This document shows, piece by piece, positions 38,401 to 48,604 of a stretch of 64,000 nt of DNA. Position 1 is the first letter of the stretch. Every line of letters begins with the position of its first letter. The position numbers were made by a program, and so were the translations under genes. The stretch comes from Convolutriloba macropyga (lineage: Eukaryota), in NCBI RefSeq assembly GCF_964194025.1, contig NC_134470.1, forward strand, positions 3,348,001-3,412,000, in the 5' to 3' direction. The notes beneath the pieces were generated by a model that saw nothing but the letters and a program-made list of their open reading frames with translations, was not told where the DNA came from and made no database searches.

Positions 38401-41400
38401 GGGTGGAAACCAATAGCATTTGCGTCTCGATTTTTAAATTTCTGTGAAGAGCGTTATAGTGTAAATGAACTTGAACTTTTGGGTGTAGTCTGGTCAACAG
38501 AATATTTTAAAAATTATCTGTATGGAAAACAATTTAAAGTAATTACTGATCACAGAGCACTTCTCTCGATTATGAAAGAACATAAATCTAATAAATCATA
38601 CAATAGTAGATTGACCCGCTGGGTCGATCGCCTTCTTCCTTATCAATTTGATATTGAACACCTTCCTGGGGCAGAAATGGGTTTGGTCGATTATATTTCC
38701 CGCAATCCATCCCAAAAAGCTAAAAAGATCTCTACATACGATGAAGAATTTATTGTTGCTAAATTGAAACTAATCTCGAAATCAGTTAACGCATTAGAAT
38801 TAAACACTGTACACCCTGCATCACATCTACACCAGTTATTCACAAATTACACTCTCGACCCGCAAAACACATTTAAAATTGAGATACTTGATCCCGCATT
38901 ACAAAATACACCTAAAATTGGGACCACTAATAACTCAAAATGTTCAATTAGCACCCGCGCTACGCGAGTGCGCGAACATGTATTTGGCAATTCACTCGCT
39001 CCGCGAAATCATGCCTCAACTAGTGTTTGACAATTAAAAAATTTAAAGTATGTAACACTCGCGTCACAAAGTCCACTTTGCACCTCTCTCGCTCTGCAAA
39101 ATACCAGCAACAACGAACAATTAATCCAAATTAGGAATAAAGTGACATACGCGCAGCGCGAGCATCAAATCACTCAATTACAAATCCCGCCAATCAAATC
39201 ACATTCCACAAATAATTCTAAAAGTCATCACCCAGAATTAAATTCAGTGCTTTTTGCCCCTTGTCACTCTAGAAATCAGTTGCATCCTTCTAAACTCAAA
39301 AATTTTAATCAATTATCATCCATATTCAAATACATCAATTCAATAGATAATAGAATGCCGTCGAAAAAGAGAATAACCCGAGTCCGATTCAATGATGCAT
39401 CCCGCGCAGCGGATCAACCTTCAACTAGTGACAACACTACGCGCCCCGCAAGTACGCGATCTAATTCGACAACCAGCTCTCGCGCGACGAATCAAGCTAC
39501 GCAAAATCTTAGTACACCGCATGCAACAAGTACGGCACTAAACACAACTCCAACATCCCCAACTTATTCTTCTACCGCTAGTACCCCGTTAACGCCGAGC
39601 CCGCACGTACCCTCCTTTGATTATATAGTGTCAAAGATCTTTAATAAATCACTCATTGCCTCCCTATCCAGCAAAGATGCAGTTTTAAAAGAGTTCAGAG
39701 ATTGTATCTTGACCAACAACGAAAGCCGATTAAAAGCAATCAACCCCTACATACTTTCGTATTGGAGGGACCTCCACGTGCGCTCCGGGTGCGTTTGCGT
39801 AGATGAACGAGTGGCTATTCCTAACGTGCTCCGCGAAGCACTTATAGATGATATTCATGCAAGCCACCCGGGTACCTGGGGCATGATTTGCGTGGCTACA
39901 CATTGCTGGTGGCCTTACATGCACCGGGAGTTAGTTGTCAAAGCTACTGAGTGCAAACCGTGCACAGTAATCGGTAAGAACCTTAAATCCGTTATTCCTG
40001 CTAAGCAATTCACTCCTCATATACCATGTGTTGAACCTAATCAAGAAATTCAAATCGATTTTGGGGGACCAATTTTTGATGAAAAGGGCAATGAGGTGTA
40101 CTTTTTGGCAGCAATTGATCGCTTTTCTAAATATCCAACTGCATTTATTTACGACAAAGCTAATGGACCAAACGTTTTGAAATTTTTGGACATGTATATT
40201 GAAACTCATGGAATTCCAAGATCTATCCGTTTAGACCAAGCAAAATGTTTAATTGGACATCAAGTAAAGACTTTTTGTAATAAAAACAACATCGAAATTA
40301 TTGAAGCGCCTGTAAATGATCATTGTGCTATTGGGTTGGTGGAACGATTAATTCAAACAATTAAGAATAGACTCGCATATATCAAAGAAGAGAAATTATC
40401 TACACACGCCTTTCATGTAAAGCATGCTTTAAAGATAATCATTCACCAATTGCGTATATGTAAACAAAGAACAACAAAGACCTCGCCCTTCGAAGCACTC
40501 TTTGGAAGAAAGCCTAATACCCCGCTAAGCGTGATTGCAATTAAACCTAATTTGCTGAACTTGTCATACAAGAGTATTATAAATCATTATTTAGACGAGG
40601 ACACAGTGATGCCAGAAGAGATGCTGCCTGACGACAAGTGGATTAATGGATATCGCAGTGATATCGAAGTAGAATTGGCATGACTCCCGCTACTACAGAA
40701 GCACGATCCAGGGAGCAGGCCAGTACAGATGGGGAACCAAGATTCCTCAAGACCAAGGCGATCCGCCCCATTCCCCTGAAATAGCGTGCGGCCGAATTGA
40801 ATCTTGCTAGAAAGGTGCATGGCAAGAGACGCTCGAAAAAGGACTTGGAGGGTTTATACGAGGTCCTTGCCCCTGGGTCGCACATCCTTAAAGTGAGCCC
40901 CACTAGGTCGACCATAAAAGAACCGGGCAAGCCAGTGGTGACAGTTCGCAATAGCGATATTGCGAAATTTGGCACACAGTTGGAGAGGCAAACTCCACTG
41001 AAAGTTTATGCTGATAGACGCGGACCCCGTTCTGGAGAAAAAGTCGTAGAAGAGCTGATTCACAGCCATATCAAAGAGTTCACCCGGAAGCAAAAGGGTG
41101 ACAAGAAAATGAAGCACAGGAAGAGAGAACCGGGCAGCGGGGTTTCATCGCAAAGATCGAACCTCTCACGCGCGATGCAGGGACGCATACCAAAATTACT
41201 AAACTTCTCTGCGATACGCAATCAACAACCTCCAATCTCGACTAGCGAACCAACCACAACTACGTCTACTAGTCCGGCCACAACATCATCTACTACGCGT
41301 AGTTCAGACCGTACTCGTCGAAGCCTATCATATTATGGCTTCGAGACTTCTCCACCAGCGTCTGATATCTTGCCTCTACCGAAACGACCCCGCCGAGCGG

Positions 41401-42756
41401 GTGATGGGGAAAATTTTGCACCACCTGACACCATTGTCGAATCGGTACAGCAAATTGTGGAAAATCAACCTGAGGAGCAACATGTGTCACCCCGTATCGG
41501 CTCTGTCTCGCCTCCCGCTACCCGAAATACGCCTCTGCTATATATGAACACCCCGACGCTGGTTCGAACGATGACAGTCCTCGATGCAGAGAAGCAAGAT
41601 TCTGACAATGAAGATTGGAATATGTAATGCTCAAAAACTGCAAAAAACATTGTATATTGTATTAATCATCGTATTTTTAGCTATGATAACCAGTAAATAT
41701 ATTGATATTATCTATTTAACCGGGGACTTTGTATTAATTTGTAAATATTGTTATTATATAAATTTTGAAAATTGTATTCTACAATTTTCTCTTGCTGCAA
41801 AGGGTATGTGATACCCGAACATTCATTTATTCTTCAATTTCATTGATGCAGTAAAATTTATATGATGCGTTTAATTTAGTTCATTATTTTAATCTTAATC
41901 TTATGATCTTGTTTCAACTGTCTGGTTAATTTCCCGCTTCGTGATCAGACATGTCTGATCACGCATTCACGTTGTGCCCGAGTGGCTTCAGTTTATTAAT
42001 TTCATTGTTCTGACTTTCTGCAACTCAATTCAGTTTGCAAAACCTTCTCTTGATTTCCCGCTCCGCAAGTAAGCGAAACAAAAGTGAAAGTAGATCTCGC
42101 GCCGCGAATAGTCAAATAATATTTCTCTCTGTAATCTCGCACTGCAAATCACCACAGCAAAATAATATAGTACGACAGGGGGTATATGTAAAGGGGTAAA
42201 ACGATGTAAGATTTGGGGGGTAATGGGGAGCAAGGGGGAATTGTTAGATTTTACCCCCCCCCCCCATTACCGCTCTTCTCTTGCATCGTTTGACCCCCTT
42301 ACCCCCCCCCCCCTACTCTTACACCAATTACCCCCTAATCTTACATCTTTTTGGGTAAAAAAATTCGACACGAGGAGTCTGATCAGAGCTGGCTTGGGTT
42401 GCGCACCTCAACCTGGGTAATTGAGGTTAGTTAAACTTGTTGTTTTTTTTTCAGTCAAGAAGAATCGAAACGAAACAGCTGCCTGAAATGACCGATCCTT
42501 CAAAGAGGCAATGCGAATTCGATGTCCTCAATTTATCGCCGTGTAAATTGCCTGGGTTTCGCAAACTAAACTGAAGGTTTTTCAAATTAGAATCATCAGT
42601 TTCCAAAATAGCCAATATTTGCATGTTTTCAGGATTTCTGATCAATGTAAAATTTGCTACAGTTATCCACGAACTGAGGGTGTCATGAACAAAACTACCC
42701 GCTGAAAATTTGCTCGATAAAATTGAAACAGCTAATATTGTTACCGAAAAACTCAT
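4035..42756 (-). CDS. ADAM family (M12B) metalloprotease gene A, multi-exon, 3' part outside window
   Basis: Seven exons in correct domain order with compatible phases (274, 386, 139, 165, 345, 215, 182 nt) and no internal stop in the model. Orthology cannot be assigned. Confidence 0.88.
4311..5035 (-). repeat. Putative 3' LTR (~725 bp) of the env-bearing retroelement; second copy at 2598-3322
   Basis: Minus strand reads TGA...TCA, with an internal TATAAAA (plus TTTTATA ~4622), and lies directly 3' of the env/accessory ORFs. No clear PPT, so boundaries are tentative. Confidence 0.5.
5530..7120 (-). pseudogene. Accessory ORF remnants of unknown function downstream of env
   Basis: One frame from ~7120 to ~6690 reads LSYVEPTEYDIIMLDVVNILPSLLKAFVLHPPVAQPF*ENANTGTLQEGPGFYTAIVCIFKYLFAGEPTAFNRHFFFVIKGTALIY*KCYKLT... 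with only two TGA stops. Further frames at 6398-6703 (Pro-rich) and 5530-5883. Confidence 0.45.
7560..9119 (-). pseudogene. env-like class III fusion glycoprotein (chuvirus G/herpes gB-like), frameshifted
   Basis: Hydrophobic N-terminus at ~9119. Motifs across frameshifts: LIVTHSDCSPQY-ITKMQHYKLKKIGECEI; GHCPQNHAIKAAVIWEPSDHCQIF; QQLGIYIQRDWTNSMDKLKF. These match the YDC..N...SL....C, C....G.VW....C and GIY...D......F motifs of retroelement-borne chuvirus-like glycoproteins. Confidence 0.65.
10974..11188 (-). CDS. ADAM-A exon 6 (end of catalytic domain, disintegrin N-half)
   Basis: GNSQCLHNEPTKNMDAPYCGDYIVNQEWEECDCGSGDRCEDICCDDVTCKL...CCDPTTCTIK, containing the CLxNxP and EECDCG ADAM motifs. 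Phase-1 AAG acceptor; donor uncertain (GC). Confidence 0.9.
11657..11996. mobile_element. MITE with ~15-bp TIRs and TA TSD (Tc1/mariner-type)
   Basis: TA|CAATTCAAAGAATTT ... AAATTCTTTGAATTG|TA. Confidence 0.65.
14009..17124 (+). mobile_element. Degraded CRE-clade non-LTR retrotransposon (RT plus C-terminal restriction-like endonuclease)
   Basis: RT motifs across frameshifts: VIHPNAVTDVLRRLIARC, DFCNAF, GIQQGGPLG, WYLDDG (15688), QATLPITLSGLGV. Zn-knuckle/RLE: C...DIYGDHAIAC...ARHD, RPG.IFVPAW, FDVT, AIENLGG. Confidence 0.85.
17802..18146 (-). CDS. ADAM-A exon 5 (zinc-binding catalytic site)
   Basis: TLAHEIGHNFGLYH (intact HExxHxxGxxH), Met-turn CLCDADYCIM, FSTC. Canonical TTTCAG acceptor and G|GTAAG donor; phase 1-1, 345 nt. 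Confidence 0.95.
20886..22292 (-). mobile_element. Tc1/mariner DNA transposon, degraded transposase
   Basis: 27-bp TIRs (CACTACGGTACCAAAAAGCTACGTACA and near-complement) flanked by TA. HTH region at 21909-22193. Catalytic motifs WQNVVFTDE, FWG, FQQDNAP.H, PDLNPIENLW. Unrelated insertion at ~21560-21900. Confidence 0.92.
22421..22585 (-). CDS. ADAM-A exon 4 (catalytic domain)
   Basis: ETEHLLDLFMELH...HDNAVLLT...VVGLAYLDTMC matches reprolysin HDNAxLLT and GLAxxxxMC. Canonical sites; phase 1-1, 165 nt. Confidence 0.92.
22661..23168 (+). mobile_element. Non-autonomous DNA element with CCCGG terminus, GCGGTGAAT subterminal repeats and an internal tRNA-like A/B-box cassette
   Basis: Starts ACCCGGATCGAGGTTTTT. 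Many GCGGTGAAT/ATTCACCGC repeats in both orientations. A-box TGGCGCAGTGG at 23027, B-box GGTTCGAACCC at 23070. Homologous inverted copy at 29740-30041. Confidence 0.65.
23169..23642. mobile_element. MITE with ~45-bp TIRs and internal ~30-bp tandem repeats (CMC/EnSpm-like CCC terminus)
   Basis: CCCAGGATGAAGCCCGCGACCCAAGACAG ... CTGTCTTGGGTCGCGGACTTCATCCTGGG. Internal unit GGTATTGGCCAGACCGAACAGACCGAAATATG x~6. Related fragment at 47390-47550. Confidence 0.8.
25274..26572. repeat. Pair of 228-bp direct repeats (25274-25501 and 26345-26572)
   Basis: About 2 mismatches between copies, separated by ~840 bp. Confidence 0.9.
27120..27258 (-). CDS. ADAM-A exon 3 (start of catalytic domain)
   Basis: TGCAG acceptor, then AIDRVVELVHFADFWYAIIPDINLHLSLVDVIIWMSEESDPFYNIT. 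The phase-1 junction needed to join exon 4 is followed by GG, not GT. Confidence 0.8.
27490..28275. mobile_element. MITE-like element with inverted arrays of CAAGTCTTG/CAAGACTTG subterminal repeats
   Basis: Repeat clusters at 27500-27665 and 28030-28225; CCCTG...CAGG-like ends. Confidence 0.55.
29360..29401. repeat. (TA)n microsatellite
   Basis: Perfect TA run. Confidence 0.95.
29740..30041 (-). mobile_element. Second copy (inverted, partial) of the GCGGTGAAT-repeat element with tRNA-like cassette
   Basis: Minus strand begins ACCCGGGTCAAGGTTTTTT. It shares TTTCTTACAAAAATTCACC...CAACGTTTA and CAG.TGG.G.AGTG.AATAAG...CATGCA...GAGGTTCGAACCC with 22661-23168. Confidence 0.65.
30744..30817 (+). 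pseudogene. tRNA-like sequence (Ala-TGC anticodon position), probably a pseudo-tRNA or SINE head
   Basis: Perfect 7-bp acceptor stem GACCAGT/ACTGGTC, D-stem GTGT/GCAC, loop CT-TGC-AA, TTCGAAT loop, followed by TTTTT. Anticodon and T stems are mispaired. Confidence 0.6.
31005..31375. mobile_element. Mutator-like MITE with 9-bp TSD
   Basis: TSD GTACAAAGT (30996-31004 and 31376-31384). ~55-bp TIRs built of CAAAATACCCAATG repeats. The interior resembles the insert in the Tc1 (21735-21830). Confidence 0.88.
32127..32512 (-). CDS. ADAM-A exon 2 (prodomain, furin site, first strand of catalytic domain)
   Basis: ...DSNNPVRLKFCEN...LSGLF...WSRPKRSVESQERNFLELILFVD; RxKR followed by the LELxxxVD motif. 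TTTCAG acceptor, ATG|GTAAT donor. Confidence 0.88.
32686..32899. other. Assembly gap
   Basis: Run of N. Confidence 1.
35445..35758 (+). repeat. 5' LTR (314 bp)
   Basis: TGTGATACCC...GTACGACA. About 7 substitutions versus the 3' LTR, plus 63 bp replaced by 6 bp. Confidence 0.95.
35758..41627 (+). pseudogene. Gag-Pol polyprotein (originally one ~1950-aa ORF)
   Basis: ORFs at 35758, 36094, 36787, 38104 and 39142 share one frame, broken by single stops; there is one frameshift near 40680. Motifs: CNNCGLLNHFTKVC knuckle, LVDSGS protease, IDLKYAY/FLDD RT, CDAS/TDH RNase H, H...HPG...C..C and IDF/LDQ/GLVER integrase. Confidence 0.95.
35759..35772 (+). promoter_or_regulatory. Primer binding site, tRNA-Ser type
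   Basis: TGGCGCAGTCAGCA directly after the LTR, complementary to the ...TGCTGACTGCG-CCA 3' end seen in invertebrate tRNA-Ser. Confidence 0.75.
41807..42177 (+). repeat. 3' LTR (371 bp)
   Basis: TGTGATACCC...GTACGACA preceded by a short purine tract AAAGGG. Confidence 0.95.
42483..42756 (-). CDS. ADAM-A exon 1 (signal peptide plus prodomain N-part)
   Basis: MSFSVTILAVSILSS is signal-like. HCLFEGSV resembles the ADAM prodomain HCxYxGxV and joins exon 2 in frame at TCA G|GC (GC donor). Confidence 0.65.
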
Positions 42757-43808
42757 TTGAGATGATTACAATGCTTGCTTTGGTGCATAAATGAGAAAAA
42801 AATTAGCTATAATATAAGAATATATTTGTAATGTGAATAGTTTTTGGAAGCGACAACAATAAAGCAGGCATTTTTTAACCTCAACGCATTTACTATTTTG
42901 TCAAGATAATTGTGAAATATTCTGAGCAAAAACTGGTAAATATTTTGTGTAAAATTTTCTAGCACTGATTATATGTGAAGATTAATCAGCGCACATTATA
43001 CTGCGAGTTATTTAGTGCCTTGTTTGAGACATCAAATATTTTGCCCCGAAGCGCAACCGGCTCATTAAACCAATGATTAAATGCATAATACATTTTGAAG
43101 TGGAAATTATTACTCCCGCTGCTTAAAATTTATATTGCCCGGTTGTGGGGTAAGCATGTAGTGTTAATTGACAAAAACCAATTAATTAAAAATAAAAATT
43201 CAACAAAAATTAGAGAAAAAACATTTTGAAAAAATGAAAGATGAAAACACCATAAATTGAATTTGAGTTGAATTTAACTAAATTAAAAGGTTCATCTTCG
43301 CTCAAAGTTGGCATGGATCAGAGAGCAGTTGGTTTAAAGATGTTTTTCATAAATCAAATTGTTGTTAACATTACAATTTAAAAAATCTAACCAAAACCAC
43401 CGTTTTTTAAAGGAAAACTGTGAAATACATTAAATCAAGCAACACTTCAAGCCCATTTAAATATCTACTATGTCAACATATCAATTTCAGATTTTCAACG
43501 ACATGTAGAGGTGTTGTATACTTTTTATACACGTCTTAACGAGCTCTTGATTTTTAACGACAAGACTTCTTGTTATAAAACTTGCCGTGATATAATTTTG
43601 TTTTTGAGCTTGCTAAAATTTGATAAAAACTTTCTACTGGTTTTAAATTGAGACCCAAGTGGCCATTCAAGGTTTCCCACTACTTGCAAAGAACCAATCC
43701 TGGCCTTAAATTTATGATTAGGATGACTATATTGTTGAATATAATTCAAAAGTTCATAAGTTATGTGACATTGCAAAATTTTCAATCAACCAAGAGCATT
43801 TTATTTTA

Positions 43809-44416
43809 CCCCAAACATTTGAGGTTTTTACCGTGAAGGATCTTTCAAATATCTTGCAAAAGTTTATTACGAATATTTATAACATTATGCGTCGTCTGAC
43901 TAAGACTTTGTGAGACAATTTGTCAGGATAAGATTTTTATCAGATTTTGTACAATGAAAATTCATTAAGTATGGAGTGTTCTTCAAATTGAAGACATTTC
44001 AGAACTGCTTTCAAGCAGTAGCCAATAAGCTACAGCATGCAACACCTAAGTGTCACAGCAACAAAGAGAAAATTATCTTATATTGTTTTTTGAGACTTAT
44101 AAGATACTGTGAAAAAGATTATTCGAGTATCAGGGGATTATACTTAATCTTACCCAACATAAATTCTGCCCTACGTTAACGTTTATTGGGTAAAATCTGA
44201 TATTATATCTATCAGATCTTATTAGACAACAATTCATCGAATATTAATTATTATCTTATGAGATCTGATAAGTATTTTTATCAGATCTTACACGATAAAA
44301 GTTCAAATAGGATAGAATTGTTGTCTTGAAGACCAGATAAGATCATACACGATAAAGATTTTTCATCAGCATCTTTTAATCTCTTACACGATGAAATTTT
44401 CAGAATTACTGGGGTA
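43809..44416. mobile_element. MITE-like element with ATCAGAT/GATAAGA repeats
   Basis: TACCCCA...TGGGGTA ends; repeated TATCAGATCTTA/CACGATAAA motifs. Confidence 0.45.
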
Positions 44417-46215
44417 CTTCGCAAAATTGTATAGCGAAAAATATTAATTTAGTTTAATCGTTCAATCATCTAATTTTAATCAGTTATTTACATTTAAATA
44501 TATTTTTTTTGTTAATAAATAATTGTCCGATAATGCATTATAATATTATTTCACAAAATGTTATAAAATGTATGATTTTATAGATGTTTTTCCTAATTTC
44601 CAGTAAAAAGATCTATAGTCATCATCCATTCTCAACAAATGATGGTTTCAAAAACCACATTTTTGTTGTCGACCTCGACATGTTAATCAACAACTCGACA
44701 AGAAATGACTGAAATTCAGTAAATGTTCCAGTTATGAGAATCAGTTTTTGAAAGTGTTTGATATGCGAAACTGCATCAAAATGGATATCAAGTTTGTCAA
44801 ACAGCAAAGATATAGAAATGCACACGCTTTAAGTTACCCAGGTTGAACAACCTAACCCATGCCAGCTGTGATAAGACGAAATTGGGTCGCACACGAAGCG
44901 TATCAATTGGTTCTGATCAGACTGATCGGACTACGATACAACCTCTACGGAGTAATGAGTTATCGATACATCAGAGTTATATTTCAAATGGAAAAGTATG
45001 CTCGGAGTAATCATAAGCAAATTGAAAACTCTCACAGACGAGTAAATCTACTAAAAACCCCCACATTATACACTCTATTAACATTACTGTTGGCGTTGTT
45101 AATTAGGAAAATAACCAGTGAAAATAAAAAAAAATGAAAAAAAAAATGAAAATTAAAAAATGAAAATGAAAATTAAAAAATGAAAAATTAAAAAAAAAAA
45201 TGATACGGTAGCTGAGTTAAAAGTTTGTTCTCTTGATGCTGTCGAACCATATACCCATAGTTCAGCTGATTGATATAAAAAGCTTAAGGTCCTAGTTTTA
45301 TCAATATTATCAAATAATTCAAGTGGCACGGGTTTCGTTTGTTAATCTTTGTTAAATTTTGACGAAAAATTCTCCCTTTGTTCTGCCATTGTGCCTTTAC
45401 GCCACTAAAATCATTTTGCTATTGTGATCGATCTGCAAAAATGATTCCCAAAAATTTAACGATCTTAGAAATAACTAGATTATGATCGTAATATTGTTTA
45501 AAATTTATCTCTACTTAGATGGTTTGTATTTGTGCCCGTAGTAAGTTATGCATCTCCAAGGAACCGACAACCAGCTATTATATAGTAAATAAAACATGTC
45601 ATGAGCCTTTAAGGCATGAAAATAGTATGCATCCAATGAAGCGGGTGCCTCCAACGTAAATGCTGCCAAGGAGGACAAATCCCTGCTTTTTTACAACCCA
45701 AACAATTTAGATTGTATTGGCACTGTCTTTTTTGTAAATTTCAGTGGGGATCTCAGCTGGTTTTTGAAGTTTAGTAGCTTAATGCGCTGAAACTGCTGGA
45801 AGTTCTAAGTAAAAGGTGAAACAGTCAGTTTTTTGATGTTTTTGAGCTCTTAATGGATCAATTTTTCATTGTTTTAGTCAATTTTGGTAATTGTTTCTCA
45901 GATTGGTATTTTTAAAAGTCGGTCATTGTTTATATAGCAATTTTATCATGCAAAATCACTTTTTAATGCTAATATAATTTGTCTCTTTTTTGTTTATGTC
46001 AACTTTAACTCAATAGTCAAAGCATTTTTCCCTAGTTTCTTTTAAAAGAAGAGTCAGAGAATTTTTTCCCTTGTTTCTTGTTCTCAATTTTCTGGTTCAA
46101 AAATTTTTGTAAGACTTAAAAATGGACTAGCTGAATGATTATCCCAACACAAACGATTTTGCCGATCTGGATATCAATATTTTGACGATCTAGATATCAA
46201 AATTTTTTCAACCTG

Positions 46216-46520
46216 CACTCTAAAAAAGGTTCAGGTAAAATTACCTGAAAAAACACCTGAATCTACCTGAACATTTAGGCAGATTTATCTCAATTTACCT
46301 GAAATTTACTTAAAAAATTCAAGTATCGCTACCTGAACTTTTACGTAAACTTACCTGAAATTTACCTGAAAAAAACACCTGAACTGTTCAGGTAATTTTA
46401 CCTGAATTTTACCTAAAATTTCAGGCAGTTTTTGCCTGAAATTTCAGATAAAATTCAGGTGAAATTACCTGAACCGTTCAGGTGTTTTTTTCAGGTAAAT
46501 TTCATGTAAGTTCAGGTAAA
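46216..46520. mobile_element. CACT-terminus MITE fragment with ACCTGAA/TTCAGGT repeats
   Basis: Starts CACTCTAAAAAAGG; dense direct and inverted TACCTGAA repeats (CMC/EnSpm-like). Confidence 0.6.
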
Positions 46521-46814
46521 AGTAATTAGACAAAATGCAAAAAGATAATAATCGAAAAGAAAAAGATTCATATAAATTTGTTATCTTTATGACGACTACT
46601 GACATACAATTTTCACATTGTAGCAACAAAGCGAACATGGTTTTTCAGGATTTTTCAGTAATTTTTCTTATTAATTTAAAATTTTAAATATTAATTTCAG
46701 ATTCAATGTTCGGCTTTGGAGAAAATTTTCAAGTGTTCTTGAGATATTCGATATTACTGAGGAACCCTATAGGTTCCAATTTGTAACAGTGTTTGAGACC
46801 TTCCCAAAACTATT

Positions 46815-47051
46815 NNNNNNNNNNNNNNNNNNNNNNNNNNNNNNNNNNNNNNNNNNNNNNNNNNNNNNNNNNNNNNNNNNNNNNNNNNNNNNNNNNNNNN
46901 NNNNNNNNNNNNNNNNNNNNNNNNNNNNNNNNNNNNNNNNNNNNNNNNNNNNNNNNNNNNNNNNNNNNNNNNNNNNNNNNNNNNNNNNNNNNNNNNNNNN
47001 NNNNNNNNNNNNNNNNNNNNNNNNNNNNNNNNNNNNNNNNNNNNNNNNNNN
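46815..47051. other. Assembly gap
   Basis: Run of N. Confidence 1.
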
Positions 47052-47605
47052 CAACGTTCTTTTCATACCCAATATCTGTCAAGGACTGTGTTTTCAAAAT
47101 TCCAGATTTAGTCTAGGACCTCAACTAGGGTGTAGTTGACTAAGACGTAGAGTATGCCCTGCATTTGTGGAGTCATTTTCGCACAATTTCTGATTAATCA
47201 AAACTTATTTGCGCTATTTCGCATTATGTTCGTGCAAATTCGATTCATACTTCAATTACTGTCTGGACTTTGGGTCATGGATGTTTTGTGTCTTGGTCAT
47301 ATGATTCACACTTCCAGGACTTCACCCCTGGTATGTTCTCAACATGAGGTCTGCTACCCACAACCGCTGTTGGCGAGACGCACTTGAATCGCGGACAGGG
47401 GGTCCAAACCGCCCAGACCGAAAACTGGGTATTGACCAAGCCAACCAGATTTTGGCCACACCACACTAGGCCAGACCAAACAGACCGAACGGATTGTTGC
47501 GTCGACCATGGGCTAGACCGAACTTACCCTAGGCCAGACCGTTGTCTAGACGAAGAAAGCGACGAAGGTTTGCCTTTAACAAAGAAAGAAATCTGAGGAG
47601 TTTGG

Positions 47606-47774
47606 TTAGCTAGTTCCAGTAAAAAAAAATCGAGCACATAATGCAATGCTGAGTATTTGAAGTGATGACGTCACGAGATGACTTGGAGACTCCTGTTCGC
47701 AGTAGGGCCTTCGGAACCCAATGTCACAATCGCACTCTCCAATTTTGTTGCAGTCGCCTCTCCCAAGGCAGTTT
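47606..47774 (-). CDS. ADAM-B last coding exon (EGF-like domain plus short hydrophobic tail)
   Basis: TTCAG acceptor, then NCLGRGDCNKIGECDCDIGFRRPYCEQESPSHLVTSSLQILSIALCARFFFTGTS*. Confidence 0.85.
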
Positions 47775-48292
47775 CTGAACAAATTTTACATAAGGATAGT
47801 GTCATTACAAGAATAACAGTTAATCACGGTCAATTAATTAACGGTTAAATAATAAACTGGTAACGTGTCTTTACGGCTAAAATGCATGCTTTTCGCATGC
47901 ATGTTTCATGCTTTTTGTCCAACATTTTCGAAAATTTTGCAGTTCTAATTTTACACTGGAATTATTTTGAACGTTGTAAATAGTTGCTCTGCTTTTTTTC
48001 TGGGCTTAATGACCAGCTTTTTCGATGTAAATTTGCTGCTTCAGATCTGATTTTACAAGTTAAAAAAACCTACTATTGTAATAATATATATTTCTTTTAA
48101 AAAGTGAGTTTTATTAACTTTGGTTTAAACATGCACGCAAATTATAAACTGGCGAAAAACAAGTCAATTTTGTTCAACACCTGAGCTCTACAGGGGTAGT
48201 GATTATTTCAATTAAATTGACCATTAAGAATTGAATTATTACCTATCTAACCCCCCCCCCCCTCTATGTTCCGTTCTCTAATCAAAACTTAC

Positions 48293-48604
48293 AGTGTACA
48301 GTTTGTCAAGCCCGGTATCTTTGATATATGCAAACACTCCCTATCATTACAGAATCTCTCATTCCCACATTGGGTTCCGTCTCTGACGTATTGGAAGGCC
48401 TTTTCCAAATCTGCAGCTGCAAAGAAATTCCGTCTCCCAATTGAGAAGCACCAATACTGGGAAAGGGTCGAGGAATTCAAGACTTCGGAGCTGGTAGATC
48501 TACCGCTAAACATGGTCAGCATTAGTTCTGCAGAGAAGACGTCAAAATGACTGGTCCCATCGGGGGCTAGAGGCACAGAGGTAGAGCACTGCATGTTACC
48601 ACAC
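48293..48604 (-). CDS. ADAM-B exon (Cys-rich domain)
   Basis: CGNMQC...WCF...YVRDGTQCGNERFCNDREC. Canonical sites; phase 2-2, 312 nt. Confidence 0.92.

Larger units (their letters stand above)
35445..42177 (+). mobile_element. Full-length Ty3/Gypsy LTR retrotransposon (Mag-like), inactivated; in ADAM-A intron 1
   Basis: TG...CA LTRs, GGGGG TSD (35440-35444 and 42178-42182), tRNA-Ser-type PBS, gag-PR-RT-RH-IN order. Confidence 0.97.
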
